Shown here piece by piece: positions 37,606 to 50,743 of a stretch of 64,000 bases of DNA. Numbering within the stretch: position 1 is the first letter of the stretch; the number at the start of each line of letters is the position of its first letter. A model generated the notes under the pieces. It saw nothing but the letters and a program-made list of their open reading frames with translations. It was not told where the DNA came from and made no database searches. A program made the position numbers and the translations under genes. Location of the stretch: sequence record NC_041973.1. One strand, 5' to 3'.

Positions 37606-38991
37606 ATGTCTTTACACCAAAAGCTCCTCTCTGCCGGGCTGGAGGCGTTTGATGCGCCTCCGGCTGCTCCGGTAGTAGCGGCAGTAGTACCTGCTCCATT
37701 TGATAACAACGCCCCGGTTAGCGAAGACCCGGAACTGATTCGTGAAGAGACTGCCGCTCGTTTAGCGCTCGTGTCGATCATCGAAGCGGAACGTGACGAA
37801 GAAGACTCGCGGTCAGCGGTTTACGAACTGCGTCGTCTGTCTGATGGTTTGGAAGGGTTGATGGTTGAGATTCAAAACGTCAACAACCCAGAAGAACCGA
37901 CTGAAGACGAAATGGCGATGTTGAAAGCCACCGCCCAGCAAGTACGTAAAGAGCTGCTGGAAGATGGTGAGCAAGAACTCGTCATCAATGTCGAAAACGG
38001 CATTCTGGTCGGTTCACAGGAAGGTCTGGCTGATGCCCTCAGTAATGTGGCGAAGAAGATCGGTTTTGCATTAGGTAATGCAGCGAAAGGTTTACTGAGC
38101 AAAGGCGAGCAGGCGAAAGCGCCGTTGTCTTATAACCGTAAACTGGCAGCTGAACTGAAAGCGAAAATCGATAAGCTCGGCACGACAGAATTTGACTTTA
38201 CCATGCCAGCTGATCTGGTCCGTCAGATTCGTGTGAGCGATACCGGTCCGGTTGATGCACTCAAAGCAGTAGCAGACTTCCCGGCAGCACTTGATGCCTG
38301 GTATCTGACCCCTGCTGATGCAGCAATGAACCTGTTTGAAAAACACGCCAACATCGTGCAGGCGATTGCCGGTAGCAAGACTCTCGAAGAGTTCAACACG
38401 AACTATGCGAAACTGAGCTCACTGGCACCACCGCTACCTGCAGGCGCTAAACGCCTTGATCCGATTAACACGCGGGATTATATCTTCGATGTTAATGAAC
38501 ATCACCCAAGTATGGGTCGTGTGGCTCGCTACTATTATGTTGCGCGTCCGGATGTGGGTAAAACGCCTGAAGATAAAGCGCTGGATAATGTCATTGCTTT
38601 GGCGCAGTATTCGACCGGGATCTATCCGTTCGATAAGATCTCTAAACGCAAAGCAACTGATGAGCAGGTGAAGTTCAGCGCGGCTGAAGTCAAAGGCTTG
38701 CTGGATGACATGCTGAAAGCGTGTGACGTGGTTGATAAGTACCTTTCACGTCTTGCAGTCGCCAGCACAATGGATAAGCGCTACAACGCTCTGGTTGATT
38801 TACTCAATAGCGACTTGCGTAAACAAGAGTGGTGTTCCACAGAAGTCAACCGCATGGCACGCGTTGCGTTGATCTCAATGGATGCGTATTATTCATACGG
38901 GTTTGCTTATACCAGTCGTGCTTACGAGCTGATGGAGGTGATCGTCAAGTTGGTGAAGAAAGCCGTGTATAAATCTGACCTCAGTAAGTAA
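37606..38991 (+). CDS. Processed head protein, paralog family member
   Basis: AGLE|AF, GLE|G, SQE|G. Confidence 0.7.
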   Translation: MSLHQKLLSAGLEAFDAPPAAPVVAAVVPAPFDNNAPVSEDPELIREETAARLALVSIIEAERDEEDSRSAVYELRRLSDGLEGLMVEIQNVNNPEEPTEDEMAMLKATAQQVRKELLEDGEQELVINVENGILVGSQEGLADALSNVAKKIGFALGNAAKGLLSKGEQAKAPLSYNRKLAAELKAKIDKLGTTEFDFTMPADLVRQIRVSDTGPVDALKAVADFPAALDAWYLTPADAAMNLFEKHANIVQAIAGSKTLEEFNTNYAKLSSLAPPLPAGAKRLDPINTRDYIFDVNEHHPSMGRVARYYYVARPDVGKTPEDKALDNVIALAQYSTGIYPFDKISKRKATDEQVKFSAAEVKGLLDDMLKACDVVDKYLSRLAVASTMDKRYNALVDLLNSDLRKQEWCSTEVNRMARVALISMDAYYSYGFAYTSRAYELMEVIVKLVKKAVYKSDLSK

Positions 38992-39002
38992 ACGGAGAAA
39001 AC

Positions 39003-40373
39003 ATGTCCGCGATTAATGACTTTCTATTTACTGCGGGCATGGAGGGGTTTAACGACCCCTCCTCTATACCGCCCGTTGGTATAGTTGTGCCCTTTTTTGG
39101 TGTTGAGGAGTTCGCCGAAGCGGATGCTGAACAATCTGTACGTATGACAGAGATGAACCAGCAAGCCGAAGCAATTCAACGCCTGCAACAAACGCTGGTC
39201 TACATCAACGCTCACCGTCCGACCTTTGACCGTGAGAATGCTGCCGTCGTGCAGCAAGCACTGGGTGAAGTGCAGGTACTGATGCCCGACATGGAAGACC
39301 CGGTCACCATCATGGGGTCGCTGGAGCATTATACGCCGGCTTACACCAACCACCTGCTTGCGCACGGTATTGAAGGCATTGGTGATAAGATCCTGAGCGT
39401 GGTCAAGAAGATCATCGAACTCTTGAAGAAAGGTTATGCCTTCTTGAGTAAAGCCATCCAGGCAAAGGGTGTGGTCTTCGGTAAACAGAAGCGCGAACTC
39501 GATGACCTCAATGCGTGGTTTAAAGAGCAACGCAAAAGCAACGATAAGCCCGCTACCACCACCGGTAATGAACCTAAGGTTGTTACGGTCACTGCCCCGA
39601 CCTATCTGTACACCGTCGACAGTAACAAACCGTTAGCGGCAGATCGCTTAGCAAGCGAAGTGGCAAAGTACAATAAATTCCTGCAGGCCTTCTCGGTTGA
39701 TTTCATCCGGGCGCATATTACCCTGGGTGATCTCTATATTCGTGCACTGGGTAGTCTGGATATTGCCAGCACCAGTAACGAAGAGTTGTTCACCAAGATG
39801 TTTAAGGGCCAGTTTAAATACCAGGCCTCGGGTGCATCGCTGTACACCAAACGCAACGGCGAGATGTGTGATATCGAAACAGTTGGGTTGATTGGCGGGA
39901 TTGGCTTTAAAGCCTCCATCGCGAATATCCTGGTCGCACCGCTTGAGATGACTGCAGACGGTTCTAACCAGCGTAAGTTCTTCAAGCAGATGAACGGGTT
40001 ATACAACTACAGTTTTGTCTCCAAAATAAAAATGGATGGCAGTACGGTAGGGAATACCCCAATCTATGCTTGCAGTCTCGCTGACGCTGAGCGGTTGGTG
40101 AATCAACTTGATATGTTGACCAACTGGATGATTAACAGTCAACACGACGAAGAGATCCGTGACTTTAATAAGCGGGTGACTGAGTGTGTGGATAAGCTGG
40201 CTGATCGTGCCGGTCGTCTGGGTAATGACCGCAGTGATTTTATCACTACTGTGATCAACGCCTTGTCTGGTATCTCCAGTGGTCTGGAAAATGTGTCTCG
40301 TGGCATGAATCAGCAAACGAACACATTGATCAACAACTTGCGTGAGTACGTTACCAAATCCACGAAAGCGTAA
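39003..40373 (+). CDS. Processed head protein, paralog family member
   Basis: AGME|GF, SLE|H, GIE|G. Confidence 0.7.
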   Translation: MSAINDFLFTAGMEGFNDPSSIPPVGIVVPFFGVEEFAEADAEQSVRMTEMNQQAEAIQRLQQTLVYINAHRPTFDRENAAVVQQALGEVQVLMPDMEDPVTIMGSLEHYTPAYTNHLLAHGIEGIGDKILSVVKKIIELLKKGYAFLSKAIQAKGVVFGKQKRELDDLNAWFKEQRKSNDKPATTTGNEPKVVTVTAPTYLYTVDSNKPLAADRLASEVAKYNKFLQAFSVDFIRAHITLGDLYIRALGSLDIASTSNEELFTKMFKGQFKYQASGASLYTKRNGEMCDIETVGLIGGIGFKASIANILVAPLEMTADGSNQRKFFKQMNGLYNYSFVSKIKMDGSTVGNTPIYACSLADAERLVNQLDMLTNWMINSQHDEEIRDFNKRVTECVDKLADRAGRLGNDRSDFITTVINALSGISSGLENVSRGMNQQTNTLINNLREYVTKSTKA

Positions 40374-40391
40374 ATTATTATATGTGTTAAC

Positions 40392-40419
40392 GGCCCTGCA
40401 GGAAACGCGGGGCCTTATC
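40392..40419 (+). terminator. Hairpin in the intergenic leader (terminator or processing site)
   Basis: GGCCCTGC-AGGAAAC-GCGGGGCC + TTATC. Confidence 0.45.
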
Positions 40420-40466
40420 ACAATACGATCGTATTTAATTTCATGAAATTAAGGTAGAGACTCACT

Positions 40467-41822
40467 ATGTCTATTCAAGCATTTTTAAACCTCGGCGCCG
40501 AGGCTTTCGAAGACGCACCGGTTGTTGAAGAAGCACCGGTTGTAGTTGTTGCACCAGTACCAGAAGAAGTGATCGAGCTGATTGCCGAGCGTGATGATTC
40601 GAACATCGCCCTGGCTATTGCTCAGGATGCGGCGGCAATGTCTGCTGCTGAGCGTCAGGTGGAAGAGTTTGCTTCCGCAATCGAGCGCGTTGAAAATGTC
40701 CAGGCATCAATGGAGCACTTCATCGAAGCGGGCCTGTCGCAGAAATCAGCAATGATGCTGCATCGCCAGATCTCAACAGTTATGGCATCTGTCGGCAAGG
40801 ATGGCAGCGCCATCGGTGGCGGTCTGGAAAACTTCGACAACGAAGAAGCCAGCATTGCACTGCTGACCGCTGGTCTGGAAGCACTGGATGCCGAGAAAGC
40901 CGATCTGTCCTCCCGTGCCGGTGCATCTATTGCCGGTATCGCTGGTAACATTAAAAGCTTTCTGGGCAACATCAGTACTCAGGCCGGTCGTTATAAACTG
41001 CGTGCTGAAGCGATCGTTAAATCTGCTGACGGCGCTGAAGCCAAGTCCGGTACTGTTGAAGTAAAAGATAAACACCTGGTTGTAAAAGGTGGCAATCCAT
41101 CAACTAACCTGAAAGGCGATCTGGGTAACTTCAGCAAGCTGGTTGGTGCGGCAATCGCTACCTTCATCGAAGGCGATATCGTTAAAGAAGGCAGCGCCCT
41201 GGCAAAAGCTGGCGAGACCATCATTAAAGCGACTACCGCTGATGTGGCAGTGAAAGCTGCAATGGGTGTGAAACACAATCCATTCCCGGGCGCAACCATC
41301 GCAGTGCAGGACAAAGACACCTTCAGTATCAAACGTACTGAAGTGGTTCTCGGCGGCTATGCGGTATTCGATCTGCAATATAAAGCCACCGGCGGCGAAG
41401 GTGCTGAAGCAGCTGTTGCGCATCTGAATGCACTGAGCAAAAACCGCGTTACTCTTCGTCAGGCTCCAGTTGAAGCTGGTAGCGAGAAAGTATTCTCTGC
41501 CACTATGTCTCCGGCCGATGGCGCAGCACTGGCGAAAGATGTTATCGCAATGCTGGACAACATCACAGCGGTCAATAACCGTAGCCTGGGTGCGGTAAGT
41601 GGTGCACTGGCCCGTCTGGGTACCAGCGTTGTGTTGAAAGGTGCTGTGGCGAAAGACGCAGACAAAGACGTGAAGAAAATTGCTGGTGCCATGGGTAAAA
41701 CCCTGGTTGGTTCTATCCAGGCTGTTAACAGTCTGCCACGCGATGCCCTGAGCGCTGCGCTGAAAGTGTCTGATGCTGTACTGAAAGTTGCTAAGAAAGC
41801 TGCTGCAGGTCAAGTAGACTAA
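40467..41822 (+). CDS. Abundant processed head protein (phiKZ gp93/SPN3US gp53-54-type family)
   Basis: GAE|AF, SME|HF, GLE|NF, AGLE|A; strongly optimised codons. Confidence 0.7.
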   Translation: MSIQAFLNLGAEAFEDAPVVEEAPVVVVAPVPEEVIELIAERDDSNIALAIAQDAAAMSAAERQVEEFASAIERVENVQASMEHFIEAGLSQKSAMMLHRQISTVMASVGKDGSAIGGGLENFDNEEASIALLTAGLEALDAEKADLSSRAGASIAGIAGNIKSFLGNISTQAGRYKLRAEAIVKSADGAEAKSGTVEVKDKHLVVKGGNPSTNLKGDLGNFSKLVGAAIATFIEGDIVKEGSALAKAGETIIKATTADVAVKAAMGVKHNPFPGATIAVQDKDTFSIKRTEVVLGGYAVFDLQYKATGGEGAEAAVAHLNALSKNRVTLRQAPVEAGSEKVFSATMSPADGAALAKDVIAMLDNITAVNNRSLGAVSGALARLGTSVVLKGAVAKDADKDVKKIAGAMGKTLVGSIQAVNSLPRDALSAALKVSDAVLKVAKKAAAGQVD

Positions 41823-41842
41823 TCGAGTAACTTGACAACCTT

Positions 41843-41876
41843 AGGGGGAGAGGGGTTTCCCTCTCCTCTTATACCG
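41843..41876 (+). terminator. Hairpin-TTATACCG variant element
   Basis: AGGGGGAGAGGG-GTTT-CCCTCTCCTCT + TATACCG. Confidence 0.7.
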
Positions 41877-41893
41877 ACCAAGAAGGTGAATGC

Positions 41894-44236
41894 ATGTCAA
41901 CCATGACAGAACTGGGTCCGTCACAAGGCACACTCCTTGCGGATGAGAAAGCAGTACACGATGACGCGGCCACCGAAGCCACCGAAGTTGCACTCCACGT
42001 ATTAAAGAAGATTGGTAAGAAGAAAGAGAAAGATGACGAGGATGAAGAGGTCGTGCTCTCCTTTGGTAGCGAAGGCTATGCCATGCTCACCAGTATGTCA
42101 TTTGATCTGACTGAGAACTCCGATCTGGCCGTACAGGAACTCCTGGATAAGATCACCACCATCGTCATTGAAGCAAATGGCAATCTCACGCAGAAAGATC
42201 TGGAGAAGATCAAGAGTGTGGGGAATGAGTCGTTATTAGGCGATGGGAATGAAGACTATAAAGAAGTCGTCACCATGGTCATGAAACGGATCATGCAATT
42301 CATTCGCTGGGCGATCAACCAGGGTAAGGAAGGGATCAAACGGGTTGCTGACCGCTTGAGTCGTCTGAGCGTGAAGACGATGTATGTTGAGCGTAAGATC
42401 GATATCTCCACTGACAACTCATTGCCGACTGACAAGTTTGTGTTACCGCGCAGCTATCCAATGCTGATGATGGTGAACAAACCACCGGCCAATGCCATGG
42501 AAGTGATTAACGCCGTCAACCGCACCAAGTATCTCTTCACCACGCTACATAACGACTACCAAGGCTTCCAGGCGTTGTTTAAGGCAGCGGTAGCCACTGG
42601 CTCTCGGGCTGACACCTTAGAGATGATCAACAACTATCTCAACGGGTTGATCAGTAAGCTCTCAGCACGCCCTAACCCACTGTTCGATAACCGCAATACC
42701 TTTAACCAGTTACCGGGTGGGTATCGTCTGGTGTTCTCAGAAGGTCAGTCGTTTGCGGATTGTGGGGCAACGATCCTGCGTACGCCGGAGAAATACGAAG
42801 CCGCACCGGCGGTTCAGCGTCCAGATAAAGCGAGTCTGGTACGGTTGGTCAGTGAGATCAAAACCTACCTGCGGGTGATTAACGAAGTCTACGGTAAAGT
42901 CTCCAGTCGGTTGGAGGTTGATTTCCGTAACATCGTGAAAGCCGCTGAGAAAGAAGTGAAGGGGTTTGATTCAACAGCAGATATCCGCACTGCCTCGACC
43001 ACCATCGAATGGTTCACCGAACAGCAGTCACGCCTGTATACCCGCTCAATGATGCTCTCTTGTACGGTATTGAATGCCGCGCTTGATTACTGTCTGGGTG
43101 CCATTGGGGCGAAACCGGCTGTCGGGACCGAAAGCTTTGATATCCTTGATACCTCATCAATGGGTTATGCGATCGAGTCGCTGGGCGAGCAAATGGAACG
43201 GCTTGACGCTGGCTTGTGTGAACTGGAGATCGATGCCCGTACTATGCAGTCGATTACCGATGTCAAAGAGATGGTAGATGTCGATAACGATCACGTCATC
43301 CAGCTTCTGATGCAACAGCGCCCAAGCAGCTATTTCAATCCACCGGATGGACTGTCAGAGTACTCGCTGGGTGATGCCTTTAACGGCAGTGCTACGGCAC
43401 GTTATATTGGCAGGCGTTTAACCAGTATCGTTAACCTCACGAATCAGCTCTCAGGCACCACGGATTTGATGAAAGGGTTATTGGCTGAAATGCCAACGGG
43501 TGAGATCAAGCCAGGCAGTGATGCGGATGTAATCGAGCGTAACTCGTTGCTTGACCGGGAGATGTTTGAAGGTCATCCCCTGTGTGCGTTCCTGCATCGG
43601 GTAGACCGGGAAGGTATCTACGCCACCGATGTGATTCGCTATGTTACTGACACCTATGAGAAACTGCGTCAAGTGCGCACGACTCTGGCGGTTCAGGCTG
43701 AGCAGATGACACTAACAGTGGCTGATGGTGAGATGAACGTGAGCTTGTTGAAAGAGTTCCTGTTTAACGCCCCTCAGGAGCCCTTCACGGACAGCGTACT
43801 CTGTGGTGGATTCAGACTACAACCTGTAGCAGAAAAGCTCGGAGAACTCGTTATACACGGTGCTGTGATGGATTCCCCTCCACCACTGAAACCGATGACG
43901 ACTATCCATCGCCCAAGCTACGACGAGTATAATGGTGTCAACCAGCTGGCAAGCCTGTTCGGTAATGAACTGCGGGAACTGGCTAAGATCGCAGAGCGGC
44001 TACAAATCGGCACAGGGTATTTGCGCTACATCACAACCTCAGTAGCGGACAACCTCAATGAGGATGGCTTGAAAGGGGGTGGTGATGGTTGGTTCAATAC
44101 TGCACTTGAGTACTTGGCGGTGTCAGCACGCCAGTATCGCTGGATGTATCGCCTAACTGTTCAGTTGGCGGTGTATGAACACACCATGATCAATGCCCTG
44201 CGTCACTACAACAACTCAGGAGGCTGGCATGACTGA
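41894..44236 (+). CDS. Large processed head protein (phiKZ gp97-like), apparently two-domain
   Basis: GSE|G and GNE|S near the N-terminus; internal GTE|SF; LPGGYRL and LCGGFRL repeats. Confidence 0.65.
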   Translation: MSTMTELGPSQGTLLADEKAVHDDAATEATEVALHVLKKIGKKKEKDDEDEEVVLSFGSEGYAMLTSMSFDLTENSDLAVQELLDKITTIVIEANGNLTQKDLEKIKSVGNESLLGDGNEDYKEVVTMVMKRIMQFIRWAINQGKEGIKRVADRLSRLSVKTMYVERKIDISTDNSLPTDKFVLPRSYPMLMMVNKPPANAMEVINAVNRTKYLFTTLHNDYQGFQALFKAAVATGSRADTLEMINNYLNGLISKLSARPNPLFDNRNTFNQLPGGYRLVFSEGQSFADCGATILRTPEKYEAAPAVQRPDKASLVRLVSEIKTYLRVINEVYGKVSSRLEVDFRNIVKAAEKEVKGFDSTADIRTASTTIEWFTEQQSRLYTRSMMLSCTVLNAALDYCLGAIGAKPAVGTESFDILDTSSMGYAIESLGEQMERLDAGLCELEIDARTMQSITDVKEMVDVDNDHVIQLLMQQRPSSYFNPPDGLSEYSLGDAFNGSATARYIGRRLTSIVNLTNQLSGTTDLMKGLLAEMPTGEIKPGSDADVIERNSLLDREMFEGHPLCAFLHRVDREGIYATDVIRYVTDTYEKLRQVRTTLAVQAEQMTLTVADGEMNVSLLKEFLFNAPQEPFTDSVLCGGFRLQPVAEKLGELVIHGAVMDSPPPLKPMTTIHRPSYDEYNGVNQLASLFGNELRELAKIAERLQIGTGYLRYITTSVADNLNEDGLKGGGDGWFNTALEYLAVSARQYRWMYRLTVQLAVYEHTMINALRHYNNSGGWHD

Positions 44237-44576
44237 TAACAGTAACAAGGCGTTGTATAATGCAGCGCGCTTGCCTGTTCTTTACGAGTACCCGCATGAC
44301 TTCACCCCGTATGCCCGTTTACTGGCTAACGAGAAGCAAGGCGCACAACCTTCGCAGGCGTTTGCTGAGATGCTGGCTAAGGTAACGGGTGATCCCTGGA
44401 CACTGACCCCTAAGCAACCGTATACCCTGTACGGTGCCAAGGTGACGTTGATTGGTGAGAACCAGCCCAACTTCCCAACCAGTAAACGGTTTCCTTACGT
44501 CCTGGTGTTGCAGTTGAGTACCAGGTATCAAGAACGCAAGTTATACCTGAGCTTTAAGATCTTGAAATCGAGCTGA
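44229..44576 (+). CDS. Hypothetical protein (start ATG 44229)
   Basis: AGGAGG RBS overlapping the upstream gene end. Confidence 0.6.
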   Translation: MTDNSNKALYNAARLPVLYEYPHDFTPYARLLANEKQGAQPSQAFAEMLAKVTGDPWTLTPKQPYTLYGAKVTLIGENQPNFPTSKRFPYVLVLQLSTRYQERKLYLSFKILKSS

Positions 44577-44613
44577 GCATAAGGAGAGGGCAAACGCCCT
44601 CTCCTCTATGCCG
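44577..44613. terminator. Bidirectional GCATAA-hairpin-TATGCCG element
   Basis: GGAGAGGGC-AAAC-GCCCTCTCC between convergent genes. Confidence 0.8.
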
Positions 44614-45315
44614 TTATGCTTGTGGTGCTTCGCCACTGCCATCAGCTGGCGTGGTTTCATCTTCACTGAACGTATTGGGAATACGAGGCAGATCACCAAT
44701 CACAGTTGCGGAGGTTACCGCGTTCTTGAAAGTCCAGTAACGCTCAAGGTACGCATTATAAGACTCCAGCAGACGCTCAACCACGTCGATCACTTCAACC
44801 GGTAAGAGTTCAACCATTTGACCGTCAACAGTACGCAGACGAAATTTGGTTTCATCGGAGGCCCCGACGCGTTTCTCACCGACCACACGCATGCCCATCA
44901 GGTTAGCGCGTTCTTCAGCAGTCATCACCACTTTATAGTCTGTGCTTTCATGAGTAAATGCAATGCCGTTGTTAAGATCATTACTGATGATCTCTTTGGC
45001 ACTTTGCAGTGACATGTCTTTACCCATTGCCAGGTTGGCTGCGAGCTCTTCTTCATTATAAGCCCGCACATCCCAGAATTGGTAATAAAGACCGTCATCA
45101 CCTTTAACCGGTGTACCTTCGGTCACCACATCGCCATCCGGTCGATCAACCATGTTGACCATGGCGTAAGGACGAGGAAGGTTCAGCAGCTTCTCAGACT
45201 CGATGGTGCTACCCCAGCTGGTCTGCATGTTGTCCTGACGGGCATCATACATGTACTTCGGGTAAGCCATATCCTCGATACGGACGAGGGGTGTAGAATT
45301 CGTTACTGTAGTCAT
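44614..45315 (-). CDS. Tail-fibre assembly chaperone-like protein (DUF4376-like C-terminus)
   Basis: Directly downstream of the fibre gene; N-terminal YARVNMVDRP.GDVV.EG.PV...DG.Y.Q.W.V pattern and C-terminal helical domain. Confidence 0.6.
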   Translation of the reverse strand: MTTVTNSTPLVRIEDMAYPKYMYDARQDNMQTSWGSTIESEKLLNLPRPYAMVNMVDRPDGDVVTEGTPVKGDDGLYYQFWDVRAYNEEELAANLAMGKDMSLQSAKEIISNDLNNGIAFTHESTDYKVVMTAEERANLMGMRVVGEKRVGASDETKFRLRTVDGQMVELLPVEVIDVVERLLESYNAYLERYWTFKNAVTSATVIGDLPRIPNTFSEDETTPADGSGEAPQA

Positions 45316-45363
45316 TACGACTCCTTGAAGAATGCTGGGGCTTTCACCCCAGCACAGACGCCG

Positions 45364-48462
<3,099 letters not shown>

Positions 48463-48521
48463 TACAAACCTCTTTTAGTAACTATATTGCTGTTTAGTGT
48501 AAACGGGTTCACACTCGTGTG

Positions 48522-49055
48522 TTATGCCACGCTTTCAAGCTTCAGTGGCTGGCCGTCTTCAGTTGTGAGCCATTGACCACTTTCAGTCAGCAGGACAGGC
48601 TGCTGCGTCGCACCGGTGTTAATCAGCACCGCAAGGGTACCTTCATAGACGAGGCTACCTTGGAAGACGATGTCGTGCATGATACGACCTTCGCTGTCCG
48701 TGTTGTTCGCGTCAATGGTGCGATCTGAAATGTCATTGGCTGTGACCTGCAAGCCGTAACGACCGTTTAACGTCGCCAGCAGATCTTTAGTTGTGGATGG
48801 AGTACTAACAGTGAGTTCTGGAACAATGCCAAAAAACAACGTCGATACCTTGAGTCGGTCGAGGTTGACGATATTGCTCCCAACGTACCCTTTGTCAGCT
48901 ACAGCAATAACAGGGATGTCGGTATCGCGTTTACCCGCTCCTGTCACTGGCGTAGGGACACCAAAGTTAATTTGATCAGCCTGGATAGTAAGATTATTAT
49001 CCTGGTTAATTTGATCAACGATGATTTGGGCCGATGGCTGATTCAGGATGGTCAT
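48522..49055 (-). CDS. Virion structural adaptor protein upstream of the collagen fibre
   Basis: C-terminal LLTESGQWLTTEDGQPLKLE motif typically precedes genes starting ISxLP. Confidence 0.65.
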   Translation of the reverse strand: MTILNQPSAQIIVDQINQDNNLTIQADQINFGVPTPVTGAGKRDTDIPVIAVADKGYVGSNIVNLDRLKVSTLFFGIVPELTVSTPSTTKDLLATLNGRYGLQVTANDISDRTIDANNTDSEGRIMHDIVFQGSLVYEGTLAVLINTGATQQPVLLTESGQWLTTEDGQPLKLESVA

Positions 49056-49186
49056 ACTTTTCTCCCGTAAGCGCCGTTTCTGATGATCATATAATAATTT
49101 CTTTTCTACAAAACTAACCTAATCAAATAGGTATTCTGTGGTGAAATCGTATAGACATTAAAAGAAAGGGGATTGAGGATTACATC

Positions 49187-50743
49187 ATGCCCATTGTGAC
49201 TGAAGCTACACCTGAGCAACACAAGTCGATTATTCGCCCGGTGGTCATTGAAGTCGTCAACCAGATTCTGCCTGTCATGCGCTTAAGTAATGACGACGAA
49301 TTGATCTTCAATGGTTTTGCGGATATTGCCATGTTGTCAAATTCCATGATCGGTGTGAACCGTAACCCTGACTCGCCCATTCGTCCACCGGGTCCAAGTC
49401 AGATCATGGTTAATATCGAGGAGAGTGCAACCAGCACCACCTCACCTGAGATGGCGGTACTTTATCCTGAGAACCGGTTTATCATGCGTGATGCTCGCCT
49501 GGGGATTGGTGTCCGTCCGGTTCGTAAACGCACCTTACTCAACATCACCTTTAATAAACGTTTCCGCTCCAAAGCCGCCGCTGACCGCTGGCATTCCAAC
49601 ATGGAACAGCTGATGGCCCGTTATGTGCAGGATTATATCCACACCCTGGATTATCACTACAACATCCCTGACGGTATGCTGGTGATGCTCAGTGAGTTCT
49701 GGAAGCTGCGTGAAGCACAAGCGCCGTATAACCAGAACTTCGGTGAATGGCTCTCCTCGTGCATGGCGCCGTACCAGACGGTCACCACTAACCAGGCGGG
49801 TAAACAAGCACAGTTGTCATTTGCTGAATCGTTAGATAACGTGCAGGGGTGGTGGGATTTCGATGTGGTGCCCTACCCGGTCCGTGAGAACACCCGTGGG
49901 AACTGGCAAGTCACCTTCGATTACAAAGTCGAATTTGATAAGGTAATTGAATTGGTGATGAACTACCCGATCATCATTCATAACCAGATGCTTCCCCCGG
50001 AGATGATCCCTCAGCCACGCCTACCGAGCTATCGCAACAAGGTATATCAGAAGAACGCGATGATGTATCGGGCCGAAGCCGTACAGCAGGAAGTAGAGCC
50101 AGCAAACTACAGCTTGCGTGATTACCTGTGCTACCCGGTGTACGATGACTGGATACCGGAATACATCCCGCCGTATCAGATCGTGCAATACACTGCCCAG
50201 CTTGCTGTTGATCCGGCTGACCTGCGGTTGGTGGTTAACTTAAAAGAGTTGGGGGATTATGAGTTCACGGGAGCGGCACTGGAGTACTTGCGCTATGTGA
50301 AGAACCGGGCTTTCGTCAATACCCGTTCGGTGATTCAGCTGAAGGTGTATGAAGAGGATGTGCTGATCGATTCGGAGAAGCTCACCTTGGACAGTAACCT
50401 GGATGTGCACTGTGCCTTTGATCTGAACCTGCGTAAATCTTACCACATCATGGTCACCATCGACTCCGACCTGGCAAAACTGTCTGAACAGACCGTCAGT
50501 GAGTTAAAAGAAGATGGCTGGTTTACTGAGAATGTCTTGCAGGTGATCTACCCGCAGTATCTCAATGCCCCGGTTTGGCCAAAACCCAATGACCGGGGGA
50601 CGATCTCTGATCTTGCCTGGGATCGGTTTGTGGCGGCACTCTACCCGACCAACCAGTGGTACCGCAAGCCGGACATCGCCCAGCTAACGATTGGACAGTT
50701 TACCATTCTTGCTAAGAAGAGAAACGATCATGGCTATCGCTAA
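49187..50743 (+). CDS. Virion neck/tail structural protein (phiKZ gp98 position)
   Basis: Synteny; GAGGA RBS. Confidence 0.55.
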   Translation: MPIVTEATPEQHKSIIRPVVIEVVNQILPVMRLSNDDELIFNGFADIAMLSNSMIGVNRNPDSPIRPPGPSQIMVNIEESATSTTSPEMAVLYPENRFIMRDARLGIGVRPVRKRTLLNITFNKRFRSKAAADRWHSNMEQLMARYVQDYIHTLDYHYNIPDGMLVMLSEFWKLREAQAPYNQNFGEWLSSCMAPYQTVTTNQAGKQAQLSFAESLDNVQGWWDFDVVPYPVRENTRGNWQVTFDYKVEFDKVIELVMNYPIIIHNQMLPPEMIPQPRLPSYRNKVYQKNAMMYRAEAVQQEVEPANYSLRDYLCYPVYDDWIPEYIPPYQIVQYTAQLAVDPADLRLVVNLKELGDYEFTGAALEYLRYVKNRAFVNTRSVIQLKVYEEDVLIDSEKLTLDSNLDVHCAFDLNLRKSYHIMVTIDSDLAKLSEQTVSELKEDGWFTENVLQVIYPQYLNAPVWPKPNDRGTISDLAWDRFVAALYPTNQWYRKPDIAQLTIGQFTILAKKRNDHGYR

